Part shown: positions 1-12,490 of the stretch, in pieces | Layout: each line of letters opens with the position of its first letter | Numbering within the stretch: position 1 is the stretch's first letter | Assembly: GCA_036785375.1 (NCBI GenBank) | Contig: JAWMAR010000025.1 | Span: 8,742,001-8,806,000 of the forward strand | From: Leucoraja ocellata | Lineage: Eukaryota | DNA: 64,000 nucleotides | Direction: 5' to 3' | Notes under the pieces: generated by a model | Told to the model about the DNA's origin: nothing | What the model saw: the letters and a program-made list of their open reading frames with translations, nothing else | Database searches by the model: none | Program-made: the position numbers and the translations under genes

Positions 1-229
1 GTGCTGGAAGTTGAAGTATAATCAGGATCTTAGTGATGGGAACGTTGGCCTGGGAGAGATGTGGATCTTCTTTGTGGATTTGGATCTTTGTTGCAGGCAA
101 TATTGTTTCCTTCCTGTATTTTGCGATGACTACCTGAATTGTCATTGTCTCAGAAGGTGCAGAAAAGATGCACAAGGATGTTGTCTGGACAGGAGGACTA
201 GTGTTGAATAGACCGTTTTCCCTGGAGCC

Positions 230-470
230 GATAGGGCTAAGGGATATCTGTGTAGAGGTTGCCAAAATTATGAGGGGCATAGATAGGGTAGATGGTTACG
301 TCTGTTTGCCAAGAGGAGGGCAGTCTAAACCTAGACGATATAGTTTTCAGGTAAGAAGGGAGAGATTTAAGAGAGAACAGAACGACAGGCTTTTTAACCA
401 GAATGGTGGATATATGGAATGAGTTCCCAGGAGAAGTTAGTGCCAGGTTTTGCATGTACATAAAAATAGG
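230..470 (+). mobile_element. Degenerate CR1-type LINE 3' fragment
   Basis: ...aaaattatgaggggcatagatagggtagat...tttaagaga...ttttaaccagaatggtgga matches the CR1 ORF2 C-terminal region seen in better copies in this window. Confidence 0.6.
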
Positions 471-3178
471 ACTCTAACATCGCCAGGTTATGGAGTTCTC
501 AGAATATACTGCCAATGAAAAACATACCACCGCACTTTCCTGATCCAAATTTGTAAAGGCATTTGGGGAAACACACAATACTATGAAACCATTACTAAAT
601 TGTAGTACTTTGAAAAGATGACAATCTTATTCTGTTTTATTTTCCTAATAAAATTATATGAAAAAAATTCTATATGCCAACAAAATGATTAAAAATAATA
701 GCATTTCAATGTTCCTTGTGTTATTGCATTGTGATGATGCAGTTGAAACAAAAATAGTTTGTTTAGGGCATTCGATGAGATCATGGTTAATCTTTGACCC
801 AACTCACAAACCTACCAATGCTTGGCATATGTTTTGGTTAAAGGAATTTGTCAATTGTAGATTTAAAATTAACAAATGTTTCAACATAGATTTCAATTTG
901 CAGAAGAGTTTCAAATTTCTGGCAGCCTTTGTCTATAGAAGTACTTATTAAGATTGAAGTTGGATATAGTGGTTCATTATGCATCCGACAACAATAAAGT
1001 TCAGCAAGCAGCTTAACATTATTGTATAAATTGATTCAGAGTTTTGACAGTTAACCTTGATTGGTTTGCGAAATTTATGATAACTGTCGACTTTGAAACA
1101 AACTATTGATTGCTCATAATTTTCTTGTGGACCCAGACGTATTTACTCGTGTAGATTAACAGTTGCAAACATTCTGAATACTCAAGTGTACAAGAGGGTT
1201 GTTGAACCTTTGCCAACCAAAAGTGAGTGTTGTCAGATCAGAATAATAAACCTCCCCTTTGTATTTCTAGCAGGAGAGTCCTATGCTATAAAATGTTGAC
1301 TTTGAATTGCTTGGAGCTAATGTTGAAGGAATACCATTCCCCAATAGCATTCTAACTTTGCACATTCCATTACTAAAAAAATACATCCCTGCACTTTCCT
1401 GATCCCACTTTGTAAAGGTGCTGGGGAAGCACATAAAACTACGAAACAGGTTTGCTGATCAATCAACCACACACATTTATAAATCATTCATTATGAGAAT
1501 TATTAAGAAAATGCTACTGGTAAAATCACAAACTTACCAATTTGACAAAGTTAAATTTGGTTCTTGGAATACCAACTTTAAAAGTAGTGACTTTTCTTAA
1601 AGTTGATTTACTCTGGGACAGTTGCCACAAAATATAATTTCAACTTCTTTTTGGCAGAATCGAAATTAGATTAAATTAAAGGCATATAGCCATGTTTTCT
1701 TCTCTCGGGCAAAATGCAAAATGCTAGCGGAACTCAGGCAGCATCTGGGGTGGGAATTTTAAGTAATTACTTGTTAACCATTTTAACTTCTCTTCTCATT
1801 CCCATACCAATCTTTCAGTGCTTGGCCGCACGTAAACTGGAGGAATAGTCTTTCATATTCCTGCTGAACTCTCCAAAACTTCGCCTGTCCATTTTCTCCC
1901 CAGATGCTGCCTGACACGCCAAGTTCCTCCTGTACTTTTGTTTTCAAGATTCCAACATCTGTAATCTCTTGTGCCTCATTCTCTCCTCTTGGGCTTAGAT
2001 TTTGGGCAGTTGCATTTGCCACAGTATATTGATTTAGTCAAGTACTGTTCAACCTCTTCAACCTTGAAAGAAAATTATTTTAGATGTTTAATCGTATTTC
2101 TGCATAATGTAAATACATTTTTATGTGAATATTACTGTTTTGTTTCTCAATCCATTTCATTCATCTAATTTCTCTTTTTGTACCTGATTTGATTGGTTTC
2201 TGTTGTTACGACTTAATTCTCAAATTGCATTGGTTAGTCCATAGTCATATTACTCTGTATAATCTCAGATGCACTGTTGTGCTTGCATGCCCTTCTCAAC
2301 TTGTACACCGAATCTTGTAATTGGAGAAAATGCAGGAAAGCTGATGGGGTGTGCCATGTGATACTTCAGCGAGATTTGGCTCAAATATATCAATCATCTA
2401 AATGAACATTGGTGCCCCAAGTGGCGTATATTGTGGCTTTTATAAGGCAGTCAAAATTAGTTTCCAGCAGTGCACAGTGACTGTTCCAGATGTACTGACA
2501 TGAGTGTTACATAAAATATTTTGGTATTTATTGGAGTGCGGTGTCCAAGTATGTGTCGGATACAATTATGTTTGATAATTTGGGGAGTTCTCTTAAGGGT
2601 GTTAAATTGATGTGCAGGGAGGTAATGGATGACCAAGTGATGGGTCTCCTTGGACATACTGTGGACTTGTTTTGTTACTGGTTTCCATAGAACTGGGGTG
2701 TAACTGCATTTCTGCAAATGTGCGTATTTTGAAATGTTTTTTTCTCTTGATAACACCACCCTCTTTGCTGCAAAAAAACAGCTTTGTTATTATAATTATT
2801 AAAGCATTCCTTTAGGTTTAGTTTTATGTGCTATACAATTTCACACACTCGCACAGATGCAAGAGGCTATCGCGTGCTTGCTGGGTCCATGCAAGAGCAA
2901 TCTAACTGCTCTTCCTGCTCTCCCTCCATACCCCTGCAAATGTTCTCTTTTAAAATACTTTTGCAGTTTCCTTTTGAATGCCATGGTTGAACTTGCCTCC
3001 CTTGCTCAACACCAGCAGACTCCAGATTTTCACCATAACCTTTTAAAGAAAAGCTATTGATCCTTGCATCAATTTGATCCTTGCATCTTTTAAAAGATCA
3101 CCTTCATACTGTGACTTCTAGCTCTTGATTCTTCTACTGGTCAGAGCGGCTTCTCTCCATCTACGCTACATTTAATAA

Positions 3179-3660
3179 ACGGATAGTTCTGCTTTAATGT
3201 GATAGTTGTGTTCCTAAGAAACCTTGTTATAGAAAATTGCTTAATAAAGACCATTGTGTCTATGGGAGGGGAGAGGGGGGGGTCCTGCAGTTATTTTCCC
3301 TGCAGGATTATCAAAAGTAAAGGGTTTTTTAATAGCTAAATTTATATTTATTACTGCAAGCTAAAAATACTTAAGGCTGCATGTTACATTGTTTAATGTA
3401 ACATTGTTCATTGCACAAGTGTCAATAGAAGCGATTAGCATGTCACTTTCAATAACATGCCATGGTTACATTGGTAGCTGTCTTAAGAGACAATGGTGCC
3501 TTGATTACTGCAGGAAGGTTACATGAAAACAAGTTTTGGGTTAGGTTATTTTCTTTCCGCCTATTAATTCACAAAATAGCTTTTAAGTGGTTCTCTAGTT
3601 CTCAATCAAAATTGCGGTATAACCAACTCTGCTTGCATAATGCATATAGTGTTTCCTAAA
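3179..3660 (+). mobile_element. Old non-autonomous DNA transposon (Tigger/pogo-like), copy 1
   Basis: Collinear similarity to 33981-34565 (+) and about 8560-8918 (-), e.g. agttctgct...atagttgt...gttatagaaaattgc. Confidence 0.55.
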
Positions 3661-4660
3661 TCATCACTCACTTTGTATCCAGTTAATGTTACTGAAAATA
3701 GACATAAAAAGCTGGAGTAACTCAGCGGGACAGGCAGCATCTCTGGACAGAAAGAATGGGTGATGTTTCCAGTCAAGACCCTTTTTCACACCCTTCAATG
3801 TTCTGGAAATGTGCATTATAGCTGAATTTCTTTTACTTCTCTCAGGGTTCCATCTCATTCTTTCTCATTGGAAGTAGAACAGCTCAAGCTTCTCTTGTCC
3901 CTTCCTGTAATTAGAGTCTCTATCATCCTAGCATGATTTTAATAAATCTCTCCTACAACCTCTCAAAGGCCATTACATCTTTCTTACGGTAGTGTCTAAA
4001 CTAATGTTTTACAAATATTCATCATAACCTTTTTTTGCATTATGTGCCTTTGGTGTTAGATGCCTAAGGTCCAAACATTTTTAAACTGTTCTCTCAGCTT
4101 CTACTATTTGCTTTCCAACTACATTGCACACAAGGAAAACATTAGTCTGACATTGGGAAATCAGATGATCCTGAAATCTTGCGGTTTATTTTGTTCATTT
4201 AAAAATAGTGCTTAAAAGTTGTTCCTGGGAGCTATTGTGTTTTCATATTTCTTTGTGATATTTGGCCCATCGGTCACTTCTGGCTCAGTGGGAAATCCCT
4301 TTTCCCAGTTAATTGCAGGGAGAATCTGTTAATTCTATGCAGACGGCACTGGAGATCAGGATCTTTCGTTTCACTGCACATCTTGTATGTGTATGTGACA
4401 AATAAACATGACTTGACTTGACTTGGATTCTGAACCTGAGTCACCGGAGGAAGACAGCACTCATTCTAGTTACACCATTGTACAGTCTGATTTGAATGTC
4501 TCGTTTATTGAACACCATTTCTCCTTCAATTCACAAATTTATTTTCACATAATTCTATTGTAACTGCTGTACTGACGCTGAAAAATATAATGTGTTGGGG
4601 CGCAACTTTTAGAAAAGATATGTATCTAAGTGTTTATTTTGTTTCATTTTAAGGCTCATC

Positions 4661-5146
4661 ATGACAACAGAAATTAGCTTGAGTGCTGCCACAGGAAATC
4701 CACAGCAGCCAAGTTCTGAACAAGAGCCTCCCAAGTTTGACAAACCGGAAAGTCAGCCAAAGGAGAATCAGCAGTTGGAAGAGGTGGTGGACAAGCAAGC
4801 GGGTGGAGACCAGAACACGCCAACAACACCAGTCAATGGTATTCCAACCAACAAAGAGGAGGCAGCGAAGGAGCAGTCATCCGGTAGCAAAGGCTTGTCT
4901 CGTTTCTTGCCTGGCTGGTTTAAAAGACCCAAGTCTCAGATTTCAGAAGAGGAAAGTGGAAAGGAGGTTGGTGTTGCTTCTGAACCCAGCAACGCAATAC
5001 CAGAGCAACCACTAGATTCGATAAAGCAAACAGAAGAAGGCGAATTAGTTGAGCAAGGAGCACCTATCGCAGATCAGGAGCTGGATGATAACATTGACGA
5101 AGAAGCAACATTAGATTTGCATTCTGTTAGCAGTGCTGAAACTCAG
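4661..5146 (+). CDS. EPB41: EPB41 exon 2 (AUG1; U1 headpiece), 162 codons
   Basis: ttttaag|GCTCATC ATG ACA ACA GAA; encodes GLSRFLPGWFKRPKSQISEEE and LDLHSVSSAETQ; donor CAG|gtaatt at 5147, phase 0. Confidence 0.93.
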
Positions 5147-6389
5147 GTAATTGATACTTTTATTAGAATACATTTGTGCTTAATAGCCACATGATGTAAA
5201 AATGTATTTGATTGTTTTAAGTCTGGTCTTGCATGCAATGGGAACTTTTTGTTGCCACATAGCAATGCTTCATCCACAATTGCACTAACTACTCTGCAAT
5301 AGCAATATCGTGCAAAAGAAATCTAAATCGGTGGAATGTTCCTCCGTGTGGAGCAATTGCTTTCTTTGAATTGAATGAAACTTTGGCTCAAGCTCTATAA
5401 TGGTGAAATAAATACCATATGCATTGTAGCCAAGCTACTGGGGGAATAGCTTTCATTACATATCAAAAATTTAACTCGCTATCAATGTTAGTTAAAATTA
5501 TAATTTAAAAGTTTTCTTGAATTTTCTCACCTGCTGCCATTTTTGTTTACCATTTTACCCTTGAATAGATGTAATGTATGTTAACATTGCAAGTCACTTT
5601 TAGACAGTTGTTTCTGTTTTGCAAGTTTGCAAGACTAATATTTGTCCTCTATGCAATCAGAAGTTTGATTGAAAAGAAACCTCATAAAATGGTGCAAAAT
5701 CAATAAGACTTGGGAGAGGAATGAACCTTTTCGTACATCTTTTAAAAAATTGCTAAAAAATTTTAAATAAATACACCCATAGGTGGGCTATAGGTCCATG
5801 ATAAATGATGATTAAACCAAGATCATCCGCATAGCTACAGGGCTTAATGATTGGGATAAGGAGGTTTTTTTTTCCATTTCAAGAATGGTTTTGGATGGAT
5901 ACTAGTTTCTCCATCCATTTATCAGAATAATTGTGTTTATTTTAGTGCACAGCTTGTAAAGTTTTACCTGTGGATGAGAGCTTTACTGATGATTTACTGA
6001 TAAATGTGGAAAATAAATATTTAGAAATAGAATACCTTTTTATTTTGTCATTATTGAACTAGAGTTCACCTGATCAAAACAATGCAGTGAAAATCATAGC
6101 CTATGGACAATGGCAACGCTTGTTAATAATGGCTAGCTCAAAAATCCACCTGTGAATCCCAAGAAATAGATTCCTTTTTGTCTTGGATCATATTTGTTTT
6201 TTCCCCATCAGAGTTGCGATTGATTCTAGTGGTGTTGTCTTATTTAAATCTGACGGTCATTTGTCAATTATCGCTCTTTAAAGTATATTAATTTAACTGT
6301 AAAAAGAAATGTGATCCTCAGGGCCTAAGACTCCTGAAATTCACGTGATAATTTGTAACAGTTGCTTAACAATTTTGTTTATGTTACAG

Positions 6390-6602
6390 CCAGCCCAAGA
6401 GGAAAAAGAAGATATTGGCCCAGAAAAGGATTCTGAAGTTAAGGATGAAGTAAAGCTAGATGTTACTGAGGAAAAAACTGAAAGTACAGAGTTAAAAACC
6501 AGTAAGGATTTAAAACCACCACTCAAGGTTGCCAAAAAATCAAAAACCATGCACTGTAAGGTGACTCTTTTGGATGAAACTGAATTTCAGTGTGATGTTG
6601 AG
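6390..6602 (+). CDS. EPB41: EPB41 exon 4 (contains AUG2 at 6549; start of FERM), 71 codons
   Basis: ttacag|CCA GCC CAA GAG (PAQE)...ACC ATG CAC TGT AAG (MHCKVTLLDETEFQCDVE)|gtaaga; 213 nt. Confidence 0.95.
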
Positions 6603-8107
6603 GTAAGAATAATGCACTCTTTCTTGTATTTAATATTTTCTCTGTGGCTTTCAACTGATGACTAAGATTTTAGGTGTCAACTTGGCCAGGGAGGTTCATA
6701 GATACTTCTAAAACCTTGTAACCAAAAGGGGGTCTGCCCAGTAATAGTCTGCATTGAAGATAAACTTCAAAGCAATATGTGTGAAACAAATTTTCATTTG
6801 TTTTCCCGCCTACTCTTTGGTCGTACTGCACTGTTCTCCAACTGAGAGGATGGGACGATAACCTGCCTCCAGGTATTTGCACCATTTAACTAGCCACTAG
6901 GTGTGCAAGAATGCTCTGGGGTGTTCCACTCTTTTTCTAATCTTCTCTTCACAAAATCTTCTGCACCATTGGTTTGCAATTTCTCTGTTGTAAACTTAAA
7001 TGCTTAATCACTATTTGATGAGTTATATGAGAGAGGTTCTGCAGTGTGGTGGGACACCAGCTCACTATCATGAGTCTAGCCACCTTATTTTAGCAGAGAA
7101 CCACAAATGAACTGCCAAGACCTACACTGTAATAAACTGGCGAGTTTGAAAAAGGTTTGAGAGCAGAATAGCTTAACCTGCCATGGATGAACTAACTATA
7201 AGGCTGGGATTGAAAGCAGGAGAAAAATACTGATTTTGTTTATGGCAATTTTGTCTTATCTTTATATTTCTGGGAAAGAATCTGTAGGCTTTCAGTGGTA
7301 AAGTCACTTGTCTCGAAAAATAATTTTTCAGTGTTGTTACACACAAGTTGGTTATTTTGCATCAAATGCAGGTAAGCAATTTTCAAAAATAGCAAGAATG
7401 AATTTCTATCCAATATAGATAGTTTGGTTTTTCTAGAGCATGTTAGTTTTTTCGTGAACTAGACGTCTGAGCCTAACCTTCCTTTGATTGTCAGTGGATG
7501 CAAAACCCCAGAGCTGAACTGCCCACACAGTGCATTATAGCTGCTTGAAGTGCTCTTAGCATGGCCGAACAGTGGGTCCTATCTAATCGTAATATCCAGG
7601 GAGATGCATTAATTTTGCCAGTTGACGGGAGCCTCTGTTTAAATACAAAAGCTAAATGTCATTCTATTAAAAAAAAATCTGACTTGACAAAGGGATGATA
7701 GTAATCATTGACAAAGTCACCCCAATCATTGTTGTCACCAGGCTTAATTGTATATTGGCAAGTTGCAGATTACATAAGTGCTGTTTTCTCAGATGCTACA
7801 ACAAACAAGTCTTTATTTCAGTATTGTATTACTCAAGGTACTGTTGCTGGAACAAAATCTTTACTTGCACCGCCAATTGTTGTTCACAGTTTAAATGGGC
7901 GCTGTAATAGAAATTGCACTATAAATTATGCTTCTCCAAAACCTAGTGACAACATGTGTAATTACACAGCAATAATGCATGTGCAATACTTGATGATGTT
8001 GTATGAATTGGCTTTAATATTGAGCATTAAAAGTATTCCGCCTCTTAAATCGTGGTACCGCAAACTGATACATATTAAAATACTGTAATATATCCTTGTT
8101 GATACAG

Positions 8108-8212
8108 AGACATTCCAAGGGGCATGAGCTGTTCACTAAAGTGTGTCAACATCTTAATCTTCTGGAGAAGGACTATTTTGGACTGGCCTTTTGGGATTCA
8201 ACAAATCAGAGA
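8108..8212 (+). CDS. EPB41: EPB41 exon 5 (FERM N-lobe)
   Basis: atacag|RHSKGHELFTKVCQHLNLLEKDYFGLAFWDSTNQR|gtaaga; 105 nt, phase 0/0. Missed by the ORF track. Confidence 0.95.
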
Positions 8213-8559
8213 GTAAGAAACTTTATTTTATTTTCAAAATCAGGCAATGTTCATGTCAAAATCTAGCTATCCTTTTTCTTTCTTATTGAGGCATTCAAAA
8301 TTTGATTTGATAATTCAGCTTAATAACCGGTCAGATGTAAGCAAGCAATGTTCATCTTTGAATTGTAAATGCGGGAAGTTCTGCTATGATGTGTATTTTC
8401 ATACCACAAATTGAATATTGATAAATCAGGCAGCACTATTTGTATTATGCAGGCCAAATTGGCTATGAAGCAATTTCTATTGCGACTAAGGGAAACACTT
8501 AAGTTATTTCAAAAATTGAAAAGTAGAAAGAAAAACCGAATTGGAGGAGAAAAAACCCT

Positions 8560-8918
8560 TAGGGGGGAAAAAACTGTTTCCATGTAATCTCCCTTTAATC
8601 GGACATTGTCCCTTGAAAACAGTCTGTCAGTTTCACTACAGGTGGCCCTTGTAACTGACAACTAATCACTTATTTTGACATGGGTGCAATGATACTCTAT
8701 GAAACAATGTAATGTACACCCATTAATGTTTTTAACCTGCAGTAACAAAAAAAGTTATAGCTATTAAAAGGATATTTATTTTTGAAACCCTATGAGAGAA
8801 ATAACTTCTGTTACTGCTAATCTCCTTTCCCCACTAACACAATAGTTTTTACAGTGTGATTTTTCTGTAACATAAAATTTCTTATGAATGCAACTATCGT
8901 ATTATAGTAGAACTTCGT
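8560..8918 (-). mobile_element. Same old DNA transposon family, copy 2
   Basis: Reverse complement begins ...agttctactataatacgatagttgc...gttacagaaaatc, collinear with copies 1 and 3. Confidence 0.5.
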
Positions 8919-10699
8919 GAATATAAAGAAAACTATGACATAATGGAATAATGGATTATTTGTATCACTTTTCTGGATGTGAATGGTATAGTAGGAAAGT
9001 GCCAGAATTTATATATTCTTGCAAGCTGTTCCTTTCCTACATTTCACGGAATCAAACCACACATAAGGAAGCCAAGTCTTGTGAAGACCCAACCAATTAT
9101 TATTCACTAACTCTTCTCCCCATAGTCTAGCATTTTTTTCCTTCAAGAATGTATCCAATTTCCTTTTGAAAATAATTATTAAATCTGTTCTCACTGCACT
9201 TGCATTACAGTTAACTCATTACAGATCAGAGTAACTCACTAACTAAAAACAAAAGTTATCTCTGGTCCTTCTACCAGTCAGCTTCCAAAATTGTACCTAT
9301 GACCCTTGTGTCGCTTACATCTATCTGTTTACCTCATCAAAACACTCTCTTATTCTGAACATCTGTCTCTATTAAATCTCCCTGTAATCTTTTGTGTGCC
9401 AGCAAAGGACAACTTTGTTTTTAAGATGTTCTGTGTAAAGAAAGTCCTTTGCCCCTTGTATTAAACAAATCTGCTCTGAAAATTTGTGTTGGTATTAAAT
9501 GATGAAGATGTTAAGAAAAATGAGCAAATATTTAATAAGATTTGGCAGGAAAGGTGTATCTGGAAAATGTTCCTGAAGGTGAATAAATGGATAGATTGGT
9601 AGTTTATATTATTTATCAACAAACAATAATGGTGCCGGTATTCTGTTACTTTAGTGCTTTTATATTCAGGATTTATATTGGCTTTCAACTAAATGAGGCA
9701 CAGTTTACCACTTAAAGTACTGTTGCCGGTTTTATAGAATGGGGCTCAGTATATTCCCATGATGAAGGAAATTGCATGGCAATATCAAGTTGGTAGATAC
9801 CTGTGAGATGCTATCAGACTTGTAATAGCAGAACAGAGGATTGTGAAAGAAAGTGCTGGCGAACTAGTATTTAGACTATTTTTCCTATTTGCTCCTCCAG
9901 TAGTCGGTGATGTATGTGACTGAGCCTGCTGTGTATTTCAAAGAAGTCGTGATTGGTCTGCATTTGGATTATACACATAACATAAATACTGAGCACTTTA
10001 TGCATGTTGTGTCATTTGAAACATCGCATTAATTTTGCTTCCTATTGAGATGTGATTGCTGTGCAATTTGAGAAATCATACTTTTTATCCAAAGTATTTT
10101 GTTCACTGGTTAAATGGTCTGCACGGTGATTTTGATTATATAAGGAGTTCAGTTATCACTTTCCATCACAGTTGGGAAAGAATAATGGATGAATGAACCC
10201 TCAGAGATAATTTAATTTCTATTTAGAACCATTTGAATGGCTTTGGTTTATTTGATGAGTAAGGTTAAATAGTGCTATCAAACACTTGTCATTATCCCTG
10301 GCTTTTGAGAGCTGAATGTGATCTGAATAACTGAACATGGAGTCAATTGTGAGCCAGAGTTGTAGTGCACATTATTTGTCATTAATGAGAATCTCATAGC
10401 ATCAGAACACCAGGTATACCTGATCTTTATTTATTAGTTCCATATATTGAACATGTTTATGGAAAACAAAACATATTGATTTTTGGCACCAAAACGGACT
10501 ATCTTGTGCATTTGAAATTAATTTTATAATCCATTTGATAATCTGGCATTTTTAGCACTCTGAACTCCATGTGGGCAATTCAGCTCATAATATTTCATGA
10601 TGGTAAATTGGGGACTCTGGGTTTACAAATAAAGTTTTATGTCAGAGTTGTCCTAAAGAGGTATTGGTTTAAAGGTTGATTGATATGTAAAATTATCAG

Positions 10700-11525
10700 G
10701 AGGTTATAAAAATATTGTATGAAAAGTTGTGAACTGCAAATTATCAGTAACTTGGTCCTATGGATTCTGAACTGGCCTATTGATAGAATACAGAGGGTTG
10801 TGGTGGAAGGACAATATTCAGGCTGTATATCTGTGACCAGTGAGGCTCCGCAAGGATCCCTGATCTTTGTGATACATATAAATGAACTGGACACAAGTGT
10901 AGGCGGCTTGATTAGTAAGTTTGCAGATTACGCCAAGATGCTGGGATTGTGGATAGTAAGGAAGGCTATCGAAGTATACAGCAGGATATAGATCAGCTAC
11001 AAAAATGGGCAGAGAAATGGCAGATGGAGTTTAATCCAACCAAATGTGAGGTGTTGAACTTTGGATGGTCAAATGTAAGTGGAAAACATACAATTAATGG
11101 AATGACCCTTAACAGCATTGATGTACAAAGGGATTTTGGGTCCCAAGTCCATAACTCCTTGAAAGTGGCAACACTAGTAGATAGTGGTAAAGAAAGCAAA
11201 TGGTACGCTTGTATATATAGGTTGGGGCATTGAGTATAAGAGTCAGGAAGTCATGATGCAGCTTTATAGGACTTTGGTTAGGCTGCATTTGGAGTATTTG
11301 GGGGTATGGAGAGAAGGCAGGTACAGGATACTGAGTTGGATGATCATATTGAATGGCGGTGCAGGCTCGAAGGGCCGAATGGCCTACTCCTGCACCTATT
11401 TTCTACGTTTCTATGTATTGCGTGTAGATCAGGTCGCCCCAATACAGGAATGATGTGGAGGCTTTGGAAAGCCTGCAGAGGATGTTTACCAGAATGATGC
11501 CTGGATTAGGAGGTATTAGCTACAG
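10700..11525 (+). mobile_element. CR1-clade LINE ORF2 (reverse transcriptase) fragment, frameshifted
   Basis: Frames give QRVVVEG...VTS.APQGS...INELD...ISKFAD and IQQDIDQLQKWAEKWQMEFNPTKCEV, LYRTLVRLHLEY; classic CR1 RT motifs. Confidence 0.9.
11299..11414 (+). mobile_element. Young CR1 3' tail nested in the older CR1
   Basis: ggctcgaagggccgaatggcctactcctgcacctattttcta tail flanked by GTATT (11294-11298, 11415-11419). Confidence 0.75.
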
Positions 11526-11707
11526 GTTTTTTTTTTTTGTTTTTGTTTTTTTTTCCTTCCTTTTGAATATACTAAAGGAGCTTTCTTTTATGATTATAGT
11601 TGTGGTGACTACACTAATATGTTGAACCTATTGTTCAGGATTTGGTCCACAATGTGATTTATATTTGTCAAACAAGCAGTTCATGTAACATTTTTTTATG
11701 ATTTCAG

Positions 11708-11750
11708 AGTTGGCTGGATCTTACCAAAGAGATTAAGAAGCAAATGCAGG
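11708..11750 (+). CDS. EPB41: EPB41 exon 6 (FERM)
   Basis: tttcag|SWLDLTKEIKKQMQ G|gtaaga; 43 nt. Confidence 0.93.
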
Positions 11751-12414
11751 GTAAGATATTTTCTCATCCAATCCATCTAAAATCACTTATCTGGTTTACG
11801 CAATAGCAGGATTCTATTGTCTGATGTATTCCAAAGCTTCTAATAGTTTGTCTGTGCAACATAGATCTTAAATGATCCTTGAAGGATTGCCCACAGCTAC
11901 TTGTTTATAAATTCCTCACCAAATAAATCTGAACATGTTGGTAATGTAACATTGGCATAAGCAGTACTTTTATTTTGTACACATTAGGGATTTCATGATG
12001 GCTTGGATTTTTTTGAAATTCTGTTTTGCACTTGGACGCATTCTCTCAATGGTCTCTCTGACTTTAATGCCTTGAATATTTGCAAAATAAATTACCATTG
12101 AAGGCCAGGTCTAGATCCTGAACTTGCAACTGATGGGGGATGGTGGGGATCACAGCCAGAGTTGGAAGTAAGCAATGACTCGGAGAAGGGAATCTAGGTA
12201 AACCAGGGCCAAAGCTGCAGTAGAGCAATTAGGAACTTGGCGATCAGAGCTAAAATATGGAGCAGGGAGGGGAAGTGTAGTGGTGCTGTGATCCATGGGC
12301 CAGGGTCACGATTGGGGGGCCTTAAGGGGGACTTAAGTTAGAAAGTGAGTTGAGGTTTGGTGGATCGTAGACGGTCAGGGTTTAATGACAACACATTGTT
12401 TCTTTCTGCTTCAG

Positions 12415-12490
12415 GTGGTCCATGGGATTTTACTTTCAATGTGAAGTTTTACCCTCCAGACCCTGCACAGCTGACTGAAGATATAACAAG
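12415..12490 (+). CDS. EPB41: EPB41 exon 7 (FERM)
   Basis: cttcag|(G)[24 protein letters not shown](R)|gtgtac; 76 nt, phase 1/2. Confidence 0.95.

Noticed and set aside
5147-6389. Search for a counterpart of mammalian EPB41 exon 3
   Set aside because: No convincing acceptor/donor pair found by eye.
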